Source: an uncultured Bacteroidales bacterium (GTDB lineage Bacteria; Bacteroidota; Bacteroidia; Bacteroidales; VadinHA17). Taken from it: a stretch of DNA of 64,000 nt. A program made the position numbers and the translations under genes. This document shows positions 40,829 to 49,500 of the stretch, one piece after another; position 1 is the first letter of the stretch, and every line of letters begins with the position of its first letter. The stretch spans positions 256,487 to 320,486 of the forward strand of contig CAWJAW010000009.1 of NCBI GenBank assembly GCA_963840965.1, read 5' to 3'. The notes beneath the pieces were generated by a model that ran no database searches, was not told where the DNA came from, and saw nothing but the letters and a program-made list of their open reading frames with translations.

Positions 40829-41104
40829 TTATTTCAAATGTCTTAAATCCTCAAAAGCTCCACCGTCCATATTGTCCATTCCATTGTTGCCATTGATAAT
40901 CTTGCCGTTAATGATAATGCCTGTTTTAAATTTATAACCACCTTCCAACCAATAGATTGGCCCATCTACAGCAGTAAATAACATCCATATAATATCCAGC
41001 TCCTGATCTGAATTGTAAACCTTTTCTCCTGTGAATTGCATATGACAGTAAAGGAGAGTAATAAAATGCTTATAAATTCCTTTTTCATACTGTAATCTGA
41101 TCAT
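40829..41104 (-). CDS. hypothetical ORF in AT-rich region (possibly a gene remnant)
   Basis: 91 aa with Gly/Asn-rich repeats (GIIINGKIINGNNG). Protein-like reading continues past the stop in another frame (NGRYGFFETGKIKG). Confidence 0.25.
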   Translation of the reverse strand: MIRLQYEKGIYKHFITLLYCHMQFTGEKVYNSDQELDIIWMLFTAVDGPIYWLEGGYKFKTGIIINGKIINGNNGMDNMDGGAFEDLRHLK

Positions 41105-42318
41105 TCATAAATTTTAACTTCAAACAACTGCATATACTGGTAAACAGATATTTATAAGGTGCTCGAAAATCAATTGCAGAATTTTACAAGGTAAATTCAT
41201 AATTTAAAACACAGGCCTGTACCAACAAAAAAGAAACTTCCATTATTCATATCATGTATCCTTGAATTAAGCTGAATACCATGTTTTTGAACAAATAAAA
41301 TGTAATATCTATGCCTGCGTGGTAACCGAAATGGTTATTACGAACATAATGATAATCATTAAAAATATATGTAAAGCTTCTTCCTCAAGATCATATTCAT
41401 ATTCAATGTTTTTTATGAAAGAAGCTTTTTGCTCTTGCCATAGATGCACCAGCAATGACATCCATTGTAATCCATTTCTTTTCAATTGGCCTGAGGAAAC
41501 TGAAATACTGCACCTAAATTCATTAATGACATTTCTGGGTATTTATATCTCAAGCGATCCTCCTATTTCACTATATGGAACTTCAAAGACAGATAATATT
41601 GAGAATTGTAAATGTCCAAATAGAACCTTTACTCCATACCACGATAAATGAAAATGAAGATTCTCCAGAAAACAGATTACCGCCTCCATAAGTATCGGAC
41701 AGATCTATTGAATAATTGAATAGAAACACTAATTTTTAGTTGAGTCAGTAGCCTTTGTAGATTCGACATTGGTTAACACAAAAAATCGAATAATATTGTT
41801 ACATTTTAATAAATAGTTCTTCATTTTCTATCATTTTTAAAACCATCCCTTTAGTTACTATCTTCACCAAAGGGATGGATAGCATATAAATTACTTAATA
41901 GAGAATCCTTAAAGGAGTTGTCAATTTAAAGACTTAGCACACGTTTTCCTTACAGTCCAACCATCTTTTACTTCATCACCTGGTTCAGGATTTGAATTTG
42001 TTCTCATAAACCAATCTCTATCCCATTCAGACAAGTCCTAAAAAATCCCCACCATAAGACACTTTGAATGTTGCAGTTACAGTTGGACTTAAGATTATCT
42101 GTTTTATAACCGACGATGTGCTTATACTAGCTTTCTTTGACAGTGTCATATTCATAAACTAGACATACACTGTTGTATTTTTTCGGCTCTCCAATTAGTA
42201 TCCCAACTAATATTAACAGTATACCAACCACCATTTGAATGAACAGTCCAATCATTAATAGCAGCTTTTGCATATGATCTAGGATAACTTAATTGGAATT
42301 ACTGTTGTAAATTTGCCG

Positions 42319-43074
42319 TTAACTGCTCCAGTTGTATAGATTATATTCTGGATAACCTCTAGATATTCTCAATTCTAGATCTCCTTCGAACAGACCACCA
42401 CAATAATCAGCACATCTTACTTTACCAACTTTTACTTCATATATTGGATCACCTTTTACACCAGCTATGGCATCAGTTAAGATTCCCTTAGTATCACCAT
42501 CCTCATCCTTCGGCATGACCAGCAGCACCATATTTTTATCAGCGTACTCTTCATTTACTCTTACCTGAACCATCTTTCTTCCCTCGAAGCGGTAGCCGGT
42601 GTTTTCAACATCGTTGTCGATGGGATGGGCGGCGACGGTGAAGGAAAGGGTACCTTTCGGGTAGAAGCTCGAAGGATAGGGGCAGTAGATATAGCAGTCA
42701 TTCTTTGAAAGGAAGTTAATCAGATCACTGGTATTGCCCTTGGACTCCGATGAGGTGCATCCTTTAATAAAGCCGGTCCGGAGGTTTCTGAATGATCCGG
42801 CGACACTCTTGGATTCATCCATAAGGTCGCTGAAGGGCAGGCTGTAGCATTCACGGTCTTCCCTTGAAAGGGAAACAAGTTCGTTAAGCACGGCTTCATC
42901 CTGTATAACATCGGCAAGGATTTGTGCTGCCTGATCAAGATTGGTCTTGAGAAGCGTTTCAGAATCGGTGAGGGCTCTCCTGCCGATCAGATCCTGATTA
43001 ATGGGTCCTGAATCATATTTTTCGCAGCTTGCCAGAGTAAGGCAAACAGCTATAACACAGACAATCTTTTTCAT
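42319..43074 (-). CDS. hypothetical lipoprotein
   Basis: MKKIVCVIAVCLTLASCEKYDSG lipobox (ORF opens at 43101). Protein-like reading continues beyond the stop at 42319. Confidence 0.6.
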   Translation of the reverse strand: MKKIVCVIAVCLTLASCEKYDSGPINQDLIGRRALTDSETLLKTNLDQAAQILADVIQDEAVLNELVSLSREDRECYSLPFSDLMDESKSVAGSFRNLRTGFIKGCTSSESKGNTSDLINFLSKNDCYIYCPYPSSFYPKGTLSFTVAAHPIDNDVENTGYRFEGRKMVQVRVNEEYADKNMVLLVMPKDEDGDTKGILTDAIAGVKGDPIYEVKVGKVRCADYCGGLFEGDLELRISRGYPEYNLYNWSS

Positions 43075-43466
43075 TTTAGAAAAATGTTTTGAATTGAACA
43101 TTTGGGTTATAAGCCCTTTGTTATATTTAAGGTTGCGACCTGTGGGGTAAGATCCCGGCGGATTGGCCGCTTTATCCCCGGGAGATGAGTCAGTTCTGTT
43201 TCATAGGCACGAGGTTTTACATGCAGTGAGACATTATGTTTATTCCACAAACAACATTAATTCAGTTTAAAATCAACCGCACCGTACTCCCTTTCACTGT
43301 ATTGCAATAGCAATATTAAAATGCGCCGGGGCCAGAATAAAATTTTTTTGCAATTATTTTTCGAAAAAATGAAAAAAATTTTCCGCGGGGGTATATATAA
43401 TAAAAAGGTATGGTTTGAAACACGAGGGGGAAGGGTATGAGGTATGAGGCGTGAGGCGTGAACCAC

Positions 43467-43592
43467 CTTCGCTAAAACCTTCGCTAAAGCTACGGTGTTC
43501 AAAGAAAGCTACGGCGGTCGAAGGGCGTGAAGGCGAAGAAGAAGAAGTTTCTCGCAGATTTGCGCAGAGGAAAACCGCAGATTTCCGCAGAG
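43467..43592. repeat. dispersed composite element, inverse copy of 18022-18122
   Basis: CTTCGCTAAAACCTTCGCTAAAGCTACGGTGTTCAAAGAAAGCTACG ... CTCGCAGATTTGCGCAGAGGAAAACCGCAGATTTCCGCAGAG. Confidence 0.85.
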
Positions 43593-43625
43593 GGCTTAAC
43601 CACGGTGTAACACGGAGTGTCAAAG

Positions 43626-43768
43626 AGATGCGTAAATCCCGAGCGCAGTTTCGGGGCAAGTCATCGAACTCATAAAACTCCGTGCGACTCCGCGGTTAAA
43701 TTATTGATTATAAATGAATAACTTCGTGTTACTCCGTTCCTAACTCCGTGCGACTCCGTGGTTAAACC
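43626..43768 (+). repeat. ~143-bp element, left direct repeat flanking HEPN-MNT
   Basis: GATGCGTAAATCCCGAGCGCAGTTTCGGGGCAAGTCA..CATAAAACTCCGTG..ATTATTGA..AACTCCGTGCGACTCCGTGGTTAAAC. Roughly 80-85% identical by eye to 44743-44886. Confidence 0.8.
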
Positions 43769-43885
43769 AATGGGCAAAGCCCTTCCGTGGTTAAGTCCCT
43801 GTGATTCCGTGGTTAAAGCAAGGGACAGGGGGTGAAGCTAAGCAAAAAACTGTGTGGGTGGGGAAAGGCAATTACATACGCCATC

Positions 43886-44296
43886 CTACTTACCTGTATT
43901 ATTTTTCTGGTCTATCAGCAATTCTATCTTTTCGATAAGTATTGCGACAGGCTGGAAAAGCGGCATTGTTTTTTCCTGATCAAAATCAAAGAAATCACCG
44001 TAGTCTCCCTTTTGTCTCCAGTCAAAGAGTTCAACGAAAAGCCTGCCTGATTCCTTATCAATCAATCCAGTTTTAATAAAATGAAGAGTGAATTGATGCT
44101 TCAGTCCTGCATGTGAGCTTGCATAAATATCAAATTTATAAAGAAGAGCTGATATAGCATAGAAGCAAGAATAATATAGTCTGTTGATTGAAGAATTCCA
44201 ATGTCCGTTTGTTGCAAGCAGTTTAGCAGCCTCCAGAGTCTCCCTGGAGATTTTCAAACGATAGCTGATGTAATCCGGATTTATTGATCGGGTCAT
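43886..44296 (-). CDS. HEPN domain protein (toxin-like partner of MNT)
   Basis: 136 aa, helical. ..INRLYYSCFYAISALL.. and WRQKGDYGD, an HEPN R-x4-6-(H/Y)-type motif. Overlaps the upstream NTase by 4 nt. Confidence 0.8.
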   Translation of the reverse strand: MTRSINPDYISYRLKISRETLEAAKLLATNGHWNSSINRLYYSCFYAISALLYKFDIYASSHAGLKHQFTLHFIKTGLIDKESGRLFVELFDWRQKGDYGDFFDFDQEKTMPLFQPVAILIEKIELLIDQKNNTGK

Positions 44297-44610
44297 AACC
44301 TGACACCTTCTCTTTTAATAGTCCGATAGAGAGGAGTTACCTTATGTAAGCTATTCCAGACCTGTTTCTGGTAAACGAAAGTAGAAAATACTTCACCTGT
44401 CTCGATCTCAATTTCAAAAAGACTATTCCGAAATGATCTTTCGATTTCCGTCGATACAGCATATTGTGTCAGGATCAGAATGTCCCAGTCAGATTCATTC
44501 CTGGCATCACCCCTGGCCCGCGAACCAAAAAGTATGACCTGAGCTTTAGGATCAATGATCTTAATGCTGCTTTTAATCCGCTTTAATATTTCGTCGTTTT
44601 TGAGGGTCAT
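44293..44610 (-). CDS. minimal nucleotidyltransferase (MNT) domain protein
   Basis: ILFGSRARGDARNESDWDILIL matches the GSxxRG...DxD pol-beta NTase motif. 105 aa. Confidence 0.85.
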   Translation of the reverse strand: MTLKNDEILKRIKSSIKIIDPKAQVILFGSRARGDARNESDWDILILTQYAVSTEIERSFRNSLFEIEIETGEVFSTFVYQKQVWNSLHKVTPLYRTIKREGVRL

Positions 44611-44742
44611 AATGCAAATCTACAAAATAAATGGATTGGCTGAATGGATGAAACCACTTATCGCTGATTTTAAGGCGACAAGGCGTGAAAGAGGAGAGGT
44701 CGTGCAGGTCATGCAGGCGCAGGTCAAGCAGGTCGTGTTAAA

Positions 44743-44886
44743 GTGATGCGTAAACCCCGAGCGTAGCGTCGGGGCAAGTCACCGGATTCATAAAACTCCG
44801 TGTTACTCCACAGATAAATTATTGAATATCAATAATTAACTCCGTGTTCCTCCTTTCTTAACTCCGTGCGACTCCGTGGTTAACTC
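44743..44886 (+). repeat. ~143-bp element, right direct repeat flanking HEPN-MNT
   Basis: GTGATGCGTAAACCCCGAGCGTAGCGTCGGGGCAAGTCA..CATAAAACTCCGTG..ATTATTGA..AACTCCGTGCGACTCCGTGGTTAAC. Confidence 0.8.
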
Positions 44887-44915
44887 CTTGCGACTCCGTG
44901 GTTAAAGAACCCCCT

Positions 44916-45635
44916 TCAAGGGGCAAAGGTTCTTACAACTGCATCCTTAATTGAGATTTTACCGGCGCCAAGCGAATTGTCCGATCCCAGGAGAAAATCA
45001 TTTGCAATTGTTGTGATGGATCTGCCTAACTGATCAATATCGACCGGCCTTATATGCCAGTCAGATTTCTGAAAAAGAAAAACCGGGAAGCTTTTAATAC
45101 GTTGTTCCACGTCAATCTCGTTGATTATTGCCTTGTTTTTAGCTTCGCCGAAAACCTCCATCCAGTTAAAGCTGTAGTTCTGAGATATCATGCATATATC
45201 AAAGACATCCTTTGGTTCATCGCGGCTGACAACAGCTGTAAGCTTATTTGTCAGTATATTAAGAGGTGTATCTATAAAACCATATTCATATTTATTGGCG
45301 ACACCACACCTGTAAGCAGTATCATTTACAAATTCAATCTTAAGCGCTCCTTCTTCGTCTTCAATATAAAAACGAACAAAATCCTCGTAAATAGTGCTTT
45401 GTTCCTTTAGCAGCGAAACTTGTCTTGCCAGGACTGTCTCAATATCCTTTACAAGAACATGAAACTCATGACTTTTATTCAGAAAAAAATACAGATCCTC
45501 ACTGAAGCGGTGGTTGAGATAAAATCTCCCCAGTGCAGTCCCGCCGGTCAGGTAAAAGTTACCAATTACCGGCTTCAAAGCCTGAAGCACCTTATCCTGC
45601 GTCCGGTAAAGCCTCCTGTAATCTTTTCCTGACAT
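44916..45635 (-). CDS. AbiEii/AbiGii-family nucleotidyltransferase toxin-like protein
   Basis: FYLTGGTALGRFYLNHRFSEDLYFF matches the family's N-terminal motif (GGTAL...RxSxDlDf) as recalled. Confidence 0.75.
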   Translation of the reverse strand: MSGKDYRRLYRTQDKVLQALKPVIGNFYLTGGTALGRFYLNHRFSEDLYFFLNKSHEFHVLVKDIETVLARQVSLLKEQSTIYEDFVRFYIEDEEGALKIEFVNDTAYRCGVANKYEYGFIDTPLNILTNKLTAVVSRDEPKDVFDICMISQNYSFNWMEVFGEAKNKAIINEIDVEQRIKSFPVFLFQKSDWHIRPVDIDQLGRSITTIANDFLLGSDNSLGAGKISIKDAVVRTFAP

Positions 45636-45897
45636 ACTTGTATTTTTTACGGACTGATTCCGGCCATAACGATGCGATAACCTTCTCAGTCATCATCTCC
45701 TTAACCTTTTCAACAGGTACAAGTTGGATGACTGTGAACCACGGTAAACCCGTCAGCATTCTGGTAAATAACTGCTCACGGCTTAAATGACCGGCTTCTT
45801 TAATCCTGCCGTCAAGCAAGCCATCCAATTCGGCGGGTGATATGGAGTAATCCCACATGACGGATTTGAGAATTTTATGACGCTGCCGTTTATCCAT
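45592..45897 (-). CDS. small upstream partner ORF (putative antitoxin)
   Basis: 101 aa, directly upstream of and overlapping the AbiEii-like ORF by 44 nt. No family recognised. Confidence 0.5.
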   Translation of the reverse strand: MDKRQRHKILKSVMWDYSISPAELDGLLDGRIKEAGHLSREQLFTRMLTGLPWFTVIQLVPVEKVKEMMTEKVIASLWPESVRKKYKYVRKRLQEALPDAG

Positions 45898-46168
45898 TCA
45901 TTAAAATGCTGCATTTCAACAAATATACTCAATATTTCGCATTTACGGGAAGGAGGAAAGGCAAGAAGGCGTGAGGATTAAGGCGTGAAGCGTGCTCCGT
46001 GTTACAAATGGTTAAACTCTTGCAATTCATATCGTTTCAGGGCAAATAATTATCGTTTTACGATATCCGGGTTATTGTAAGCAATGCCAGACGGGGCGTT
46101 GCCCCGCCCTATACTATTCCAGGCCTACGGCCTGAGTAAGAGATGGAAAATTCTGCAGCCCTGTCAGC

Positions 46169-46204
46169 GACCGCAAGACTGCAGGACCGCAAGACTGCAA
46201 GACC
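46169..46204. repeat. 16-nt tandem repeat x2.25
   Basis: GACCGCAAGACTGCAR x2 plus GACC. Inverse relative of 31811-31846. Confidence 0.8.
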
Positions 46205-46221
46205 TTCTTGCCGTCATGCCT

Positions 46222-46535
46222 TTACTGCAGCAGCGTCACGTTTCCGACTATCTTGAACGGCTTCCCGTCGGCATATTTGCCTTCGACGTACCAGACATAC
46301 ACTCCCTGCGGACAGAGCTGGCCCTTGTAATAACCGTTCCACGGAATGTTGATATCCCTGCTTTCGAATATCAGCACGCCAAGTCTGTTGAAGATCTGAA
46401 GCTTGTAGTTGATCACCTTCTGCCTGATCGGCGGATAGAAGAACTGGTCTACCTCGGTGCCGCCCGTCGGGAGGTCGCTCCTTTCGATCGGACCGGTCTT
46501 GTTCGGGGTAAACACCGTCGCAAACCTGATCTCCC
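46222..46535 (-). other. T9SS type-B C-terminal sorting domain (gliding-motility-associated CTD) coding segment
   Basis: ..FTPNKTG...FYPPIRQKVINYKLQIFNRLGVLIFESRDINIPWNGYYKGQLCPQGVYVWYVEGKYADGKPFKIVGNVTLLQ* matches the CHU_C/type-B CTD pattern as recalled. Confidence 0.75.
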
Positions 46536-49500
46536 CTACCGGCTCGACAGTCACTGCCGGCGACAGCTTGTACATGTCGGTACAGCCGTTCGTCGAATAA
46601 GCCCAGAGGGTTATGTCGTAGTCGCCTTCATCCATATACCTGTGATACGGCTCCTTCACCTTCGAGGTGTCGCCGTCGCCAAAGTCCCACAGATACGATG
46701 TGGCACCCTGACTAAGGTTGAAACATCTCACCCTTTCATCATTCACATATACCAACGGCGGGGCGATCTCGAAGTAAGCCTTCGGGGAAGGCCATGCTTC
46801 CACCACCTGGGTGTACATCGAGTTGCCGCCCGGACCGGTAACCACAAGTTCTATCCTGTATGTGCCGGGAGTGAAGTATGTATAGGTCGGGTTTTTCGCC
46901 GTCGATATACTTCCGTCTCCGAAATCCCAGCGGTATGTTGTTCCGGGAACTTCGGTGTTCAGGGATGTGTTGTTTATGGTGACATATAACGGTGCGCATC
47001 CCGATGGTATCGAATCGAACAACGCCACAGGTGCCGGAGGAACAACCGATACGTCATGACTTACGCTGTCGGAGCAGTTTGCGTTCGAGGCTATAAGAGT
47101 TACGGTATAGGTACCTACATCATTATAGCTGTGAACCGGATTCTCGTCGGTGGAAGTACCACTATCGCCGAACCTCCAGAGCCAGTTCCATGTGCCGTCA
47201 CTGGTCTCATTGGTAAACTGAACCGGATTTCCGGCCGGATCAAAGATCTGGGTTACCGGATCGGCGGTAAACTGAGGCAGAGGCACCGGCATCACCGTTA
47301 TGTCGAAGGTCTTTGTATCGACACAGTTGTAGAATGATGTCGTCGTGAGCCTTACAGTGTGCACCACAGGCGCTGTTGTAAGGTTGACGTAAAGATGAGA
47401 TGACACATTGGTGGCATATCCCGACACACCGTCGCCATACTCCCAGAAGTACCTTGTAGCACCCGGCAGCGCGGTGAAGGTTATTGAATTGCCGGAGCAG
47501 ATGACATCTACATTGGGTGTGAAGGTTGCATCAACAGCCGGATAAACTGTTACCAGCCGGGTATATTCTGCCGAACATCCTCCGGGCGACTCCACTGTCA
47601 GCTTCACATTGTGATATTCAATCGATCCCGGATTACTGTTTACAAACACATGAACAGGGCTGGCATCAACCGTGTTGGTTGTTCCATCGTCAAAGTCCCA
47701 GGTGAAGCTTGTTATTCCTGTCATATCCTTCGAGAATGTCACGCTAACCGGAGTGCAGCCATAATCAACATCCTGTGTGAACTGCGCCGACGGACTGTCA
47801 ACGACTACTGCAACATCATCATTTGAGGTACATCCGTTGCTGTCGGTTACCCTGTAGTTCATGTTGTAAGTACCCGAAATGAACGAAGTGAAGGCGGGTG
47901 ACTGAACCGTGTAGCTGTTCAAAGGACCCACATCGCCTGTCCAGCGGTGCTGTGTATAAATACCTGAACCACCGGTCGGATTGCCATCTATCACTATAGG
48001 CACTCCTCCACAGGCTGCTACCGGATCGATAGCGCTGAAGTCGACAACCGGATTGGCATTAACAGTCAGAGTTGCAGGATTCGTATACGTCGTTGCACAA
48101 CCTGTTATCAGGGCAAGCCTGTACTGGTTGGTGTTTAGTGCAACAGGTGCATTCATTATTGCAAGCTGCTGTGTATTAGTACCTATGTAAGTTGCATTAT
48201 CCGTAAGGTTGGTCCATACTCCTCCTGAGAATACCTGCCATTGCAGTGAGGTATATCCTGTACCGTTGCCGAGTAAGGTTATTGAACCGTTTTCGCAAAT
48301 GGGCGGGGCCGTTGGATGAAGAGTCACAGCCGGAGGATTGACAACCCTCAGAACCGCAAAGTTAGTATTGACAGGAACTCCGCAGATCCCGGCTGCAACT
48401 GCCCTGAATACCCAGTTGTTATGTATTGCCTGGGCATTTGTTACAGAAAGCGTACTGGTTGTTGAGCCTGTGATATGGGCATCATCAGTCGAGAGTATGA
48501 AACCCGCTCCCTTGTTCACATACCACTGCCAGGTTACGCCGTCACCGTCGGCATCAGCTTCAAAAATGGCATCCTGCCCGAGGCATACGGTTGAATCCTT
48601 CGGATGAATTGTTATCTCGGGAGCCGTGTTTACAGTCAGTGTTGCATCGGCCGAAGTAACAGTTGTTCCACAGCCGGTCACCTCAACATGATATACGAAT
48701 CCGTCCATTCCCCTTATTGTATTGAATATCTGAAGAGTCGGAGTCATGGATCCGAAATAGGTGCCGCCGTCGGTAGTAGGAACGGGTCCTGAACCATCAT
48801 TGACAAACCACTGGTAAGTAAGATTAGTGCCTGTTGCAGTTACCCTGAAGCTTGCCAGGTTGAATTCGCATACTGCAGGCGACGGTGTGAATGAAGTTAT
48901 CACAGGCAGGTCGCTTACTATCACAGTGGCGGTACCACTGAGGTTAGGCGAAGGCTCAGTGACATTGCATCCATTGGCATCCGTTACGCTGATAAGACTG
49001 TAGGTTGTGGTGACAGCAGGGAAAGGGGTGACAATGATATCGTCGCCGCTGTCGTAGCTATTGACAACACCATGGTTGGCAATATTAACTGTGAACGGAC
49101 CCGTGCCGCTTAGCATTGTTACTCTTATAACAGAGCTTTCTCCGGGGCAGATCGTTGCACCTCCGGTGAGGAAGGCAACGGGACGCGGGTTGACAAGCAC
49201 TTCCACCACGTTGCTGTACACCGGCATGCATGTTCCGGAAGTAACCATTCTCCTGTAGTGCTGGGTATAAGTAGCTCCCGACGGCGGTGTATACCCGCTC
49301 AAATTCGCATTAGCCGCAATGTTCACGAACGGACCTGCTGCATTGGCAGACGACTGCCACTGGTAGATGTATGCACCGGGACCGCCTGCAGGACCAGTCA
49401 CTTGCGTGATGGGTACAGGGTTGTTGCCATAGCATACCACCTGGTTGTCCTCTATTGAACCCGGGGTAAGATCAGCGGGTTGGGTGATGTTGATCACTGC

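Noticed and set aside
41319-41651. 110-aa + strand ORF in the AT-rich stretch.
   Set aside because: The composition is driven by AT-rich sequence (Ile/Asn/Lys/Phe-rich). There are no motifs, and it is surrounded by gene debris on the opposite strand.
43594-46100. A bona fide integron.
   Set aside because: No IntI-type tyrosine recombinase, attI or Pc is present in the 64 kb. Only the attC-like shape of one element supports the idea, so it is kept as a hypothesis to test and is not called as a feature.
46084-46989. 301-aa + strand ORF, plus the family of similar ~70-aa + strand ORFs (50402..50623, 52149..52367, 52893..53117, 53160..53366, 53893..54114).
   Set aside because: They are antisense to the adhesin coding sequence. 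Their apparent conservation simply mirrors the SprB coding repeats on the other strand. The sequences are low-complexity Pro/Ser/Val-rich with no start context.
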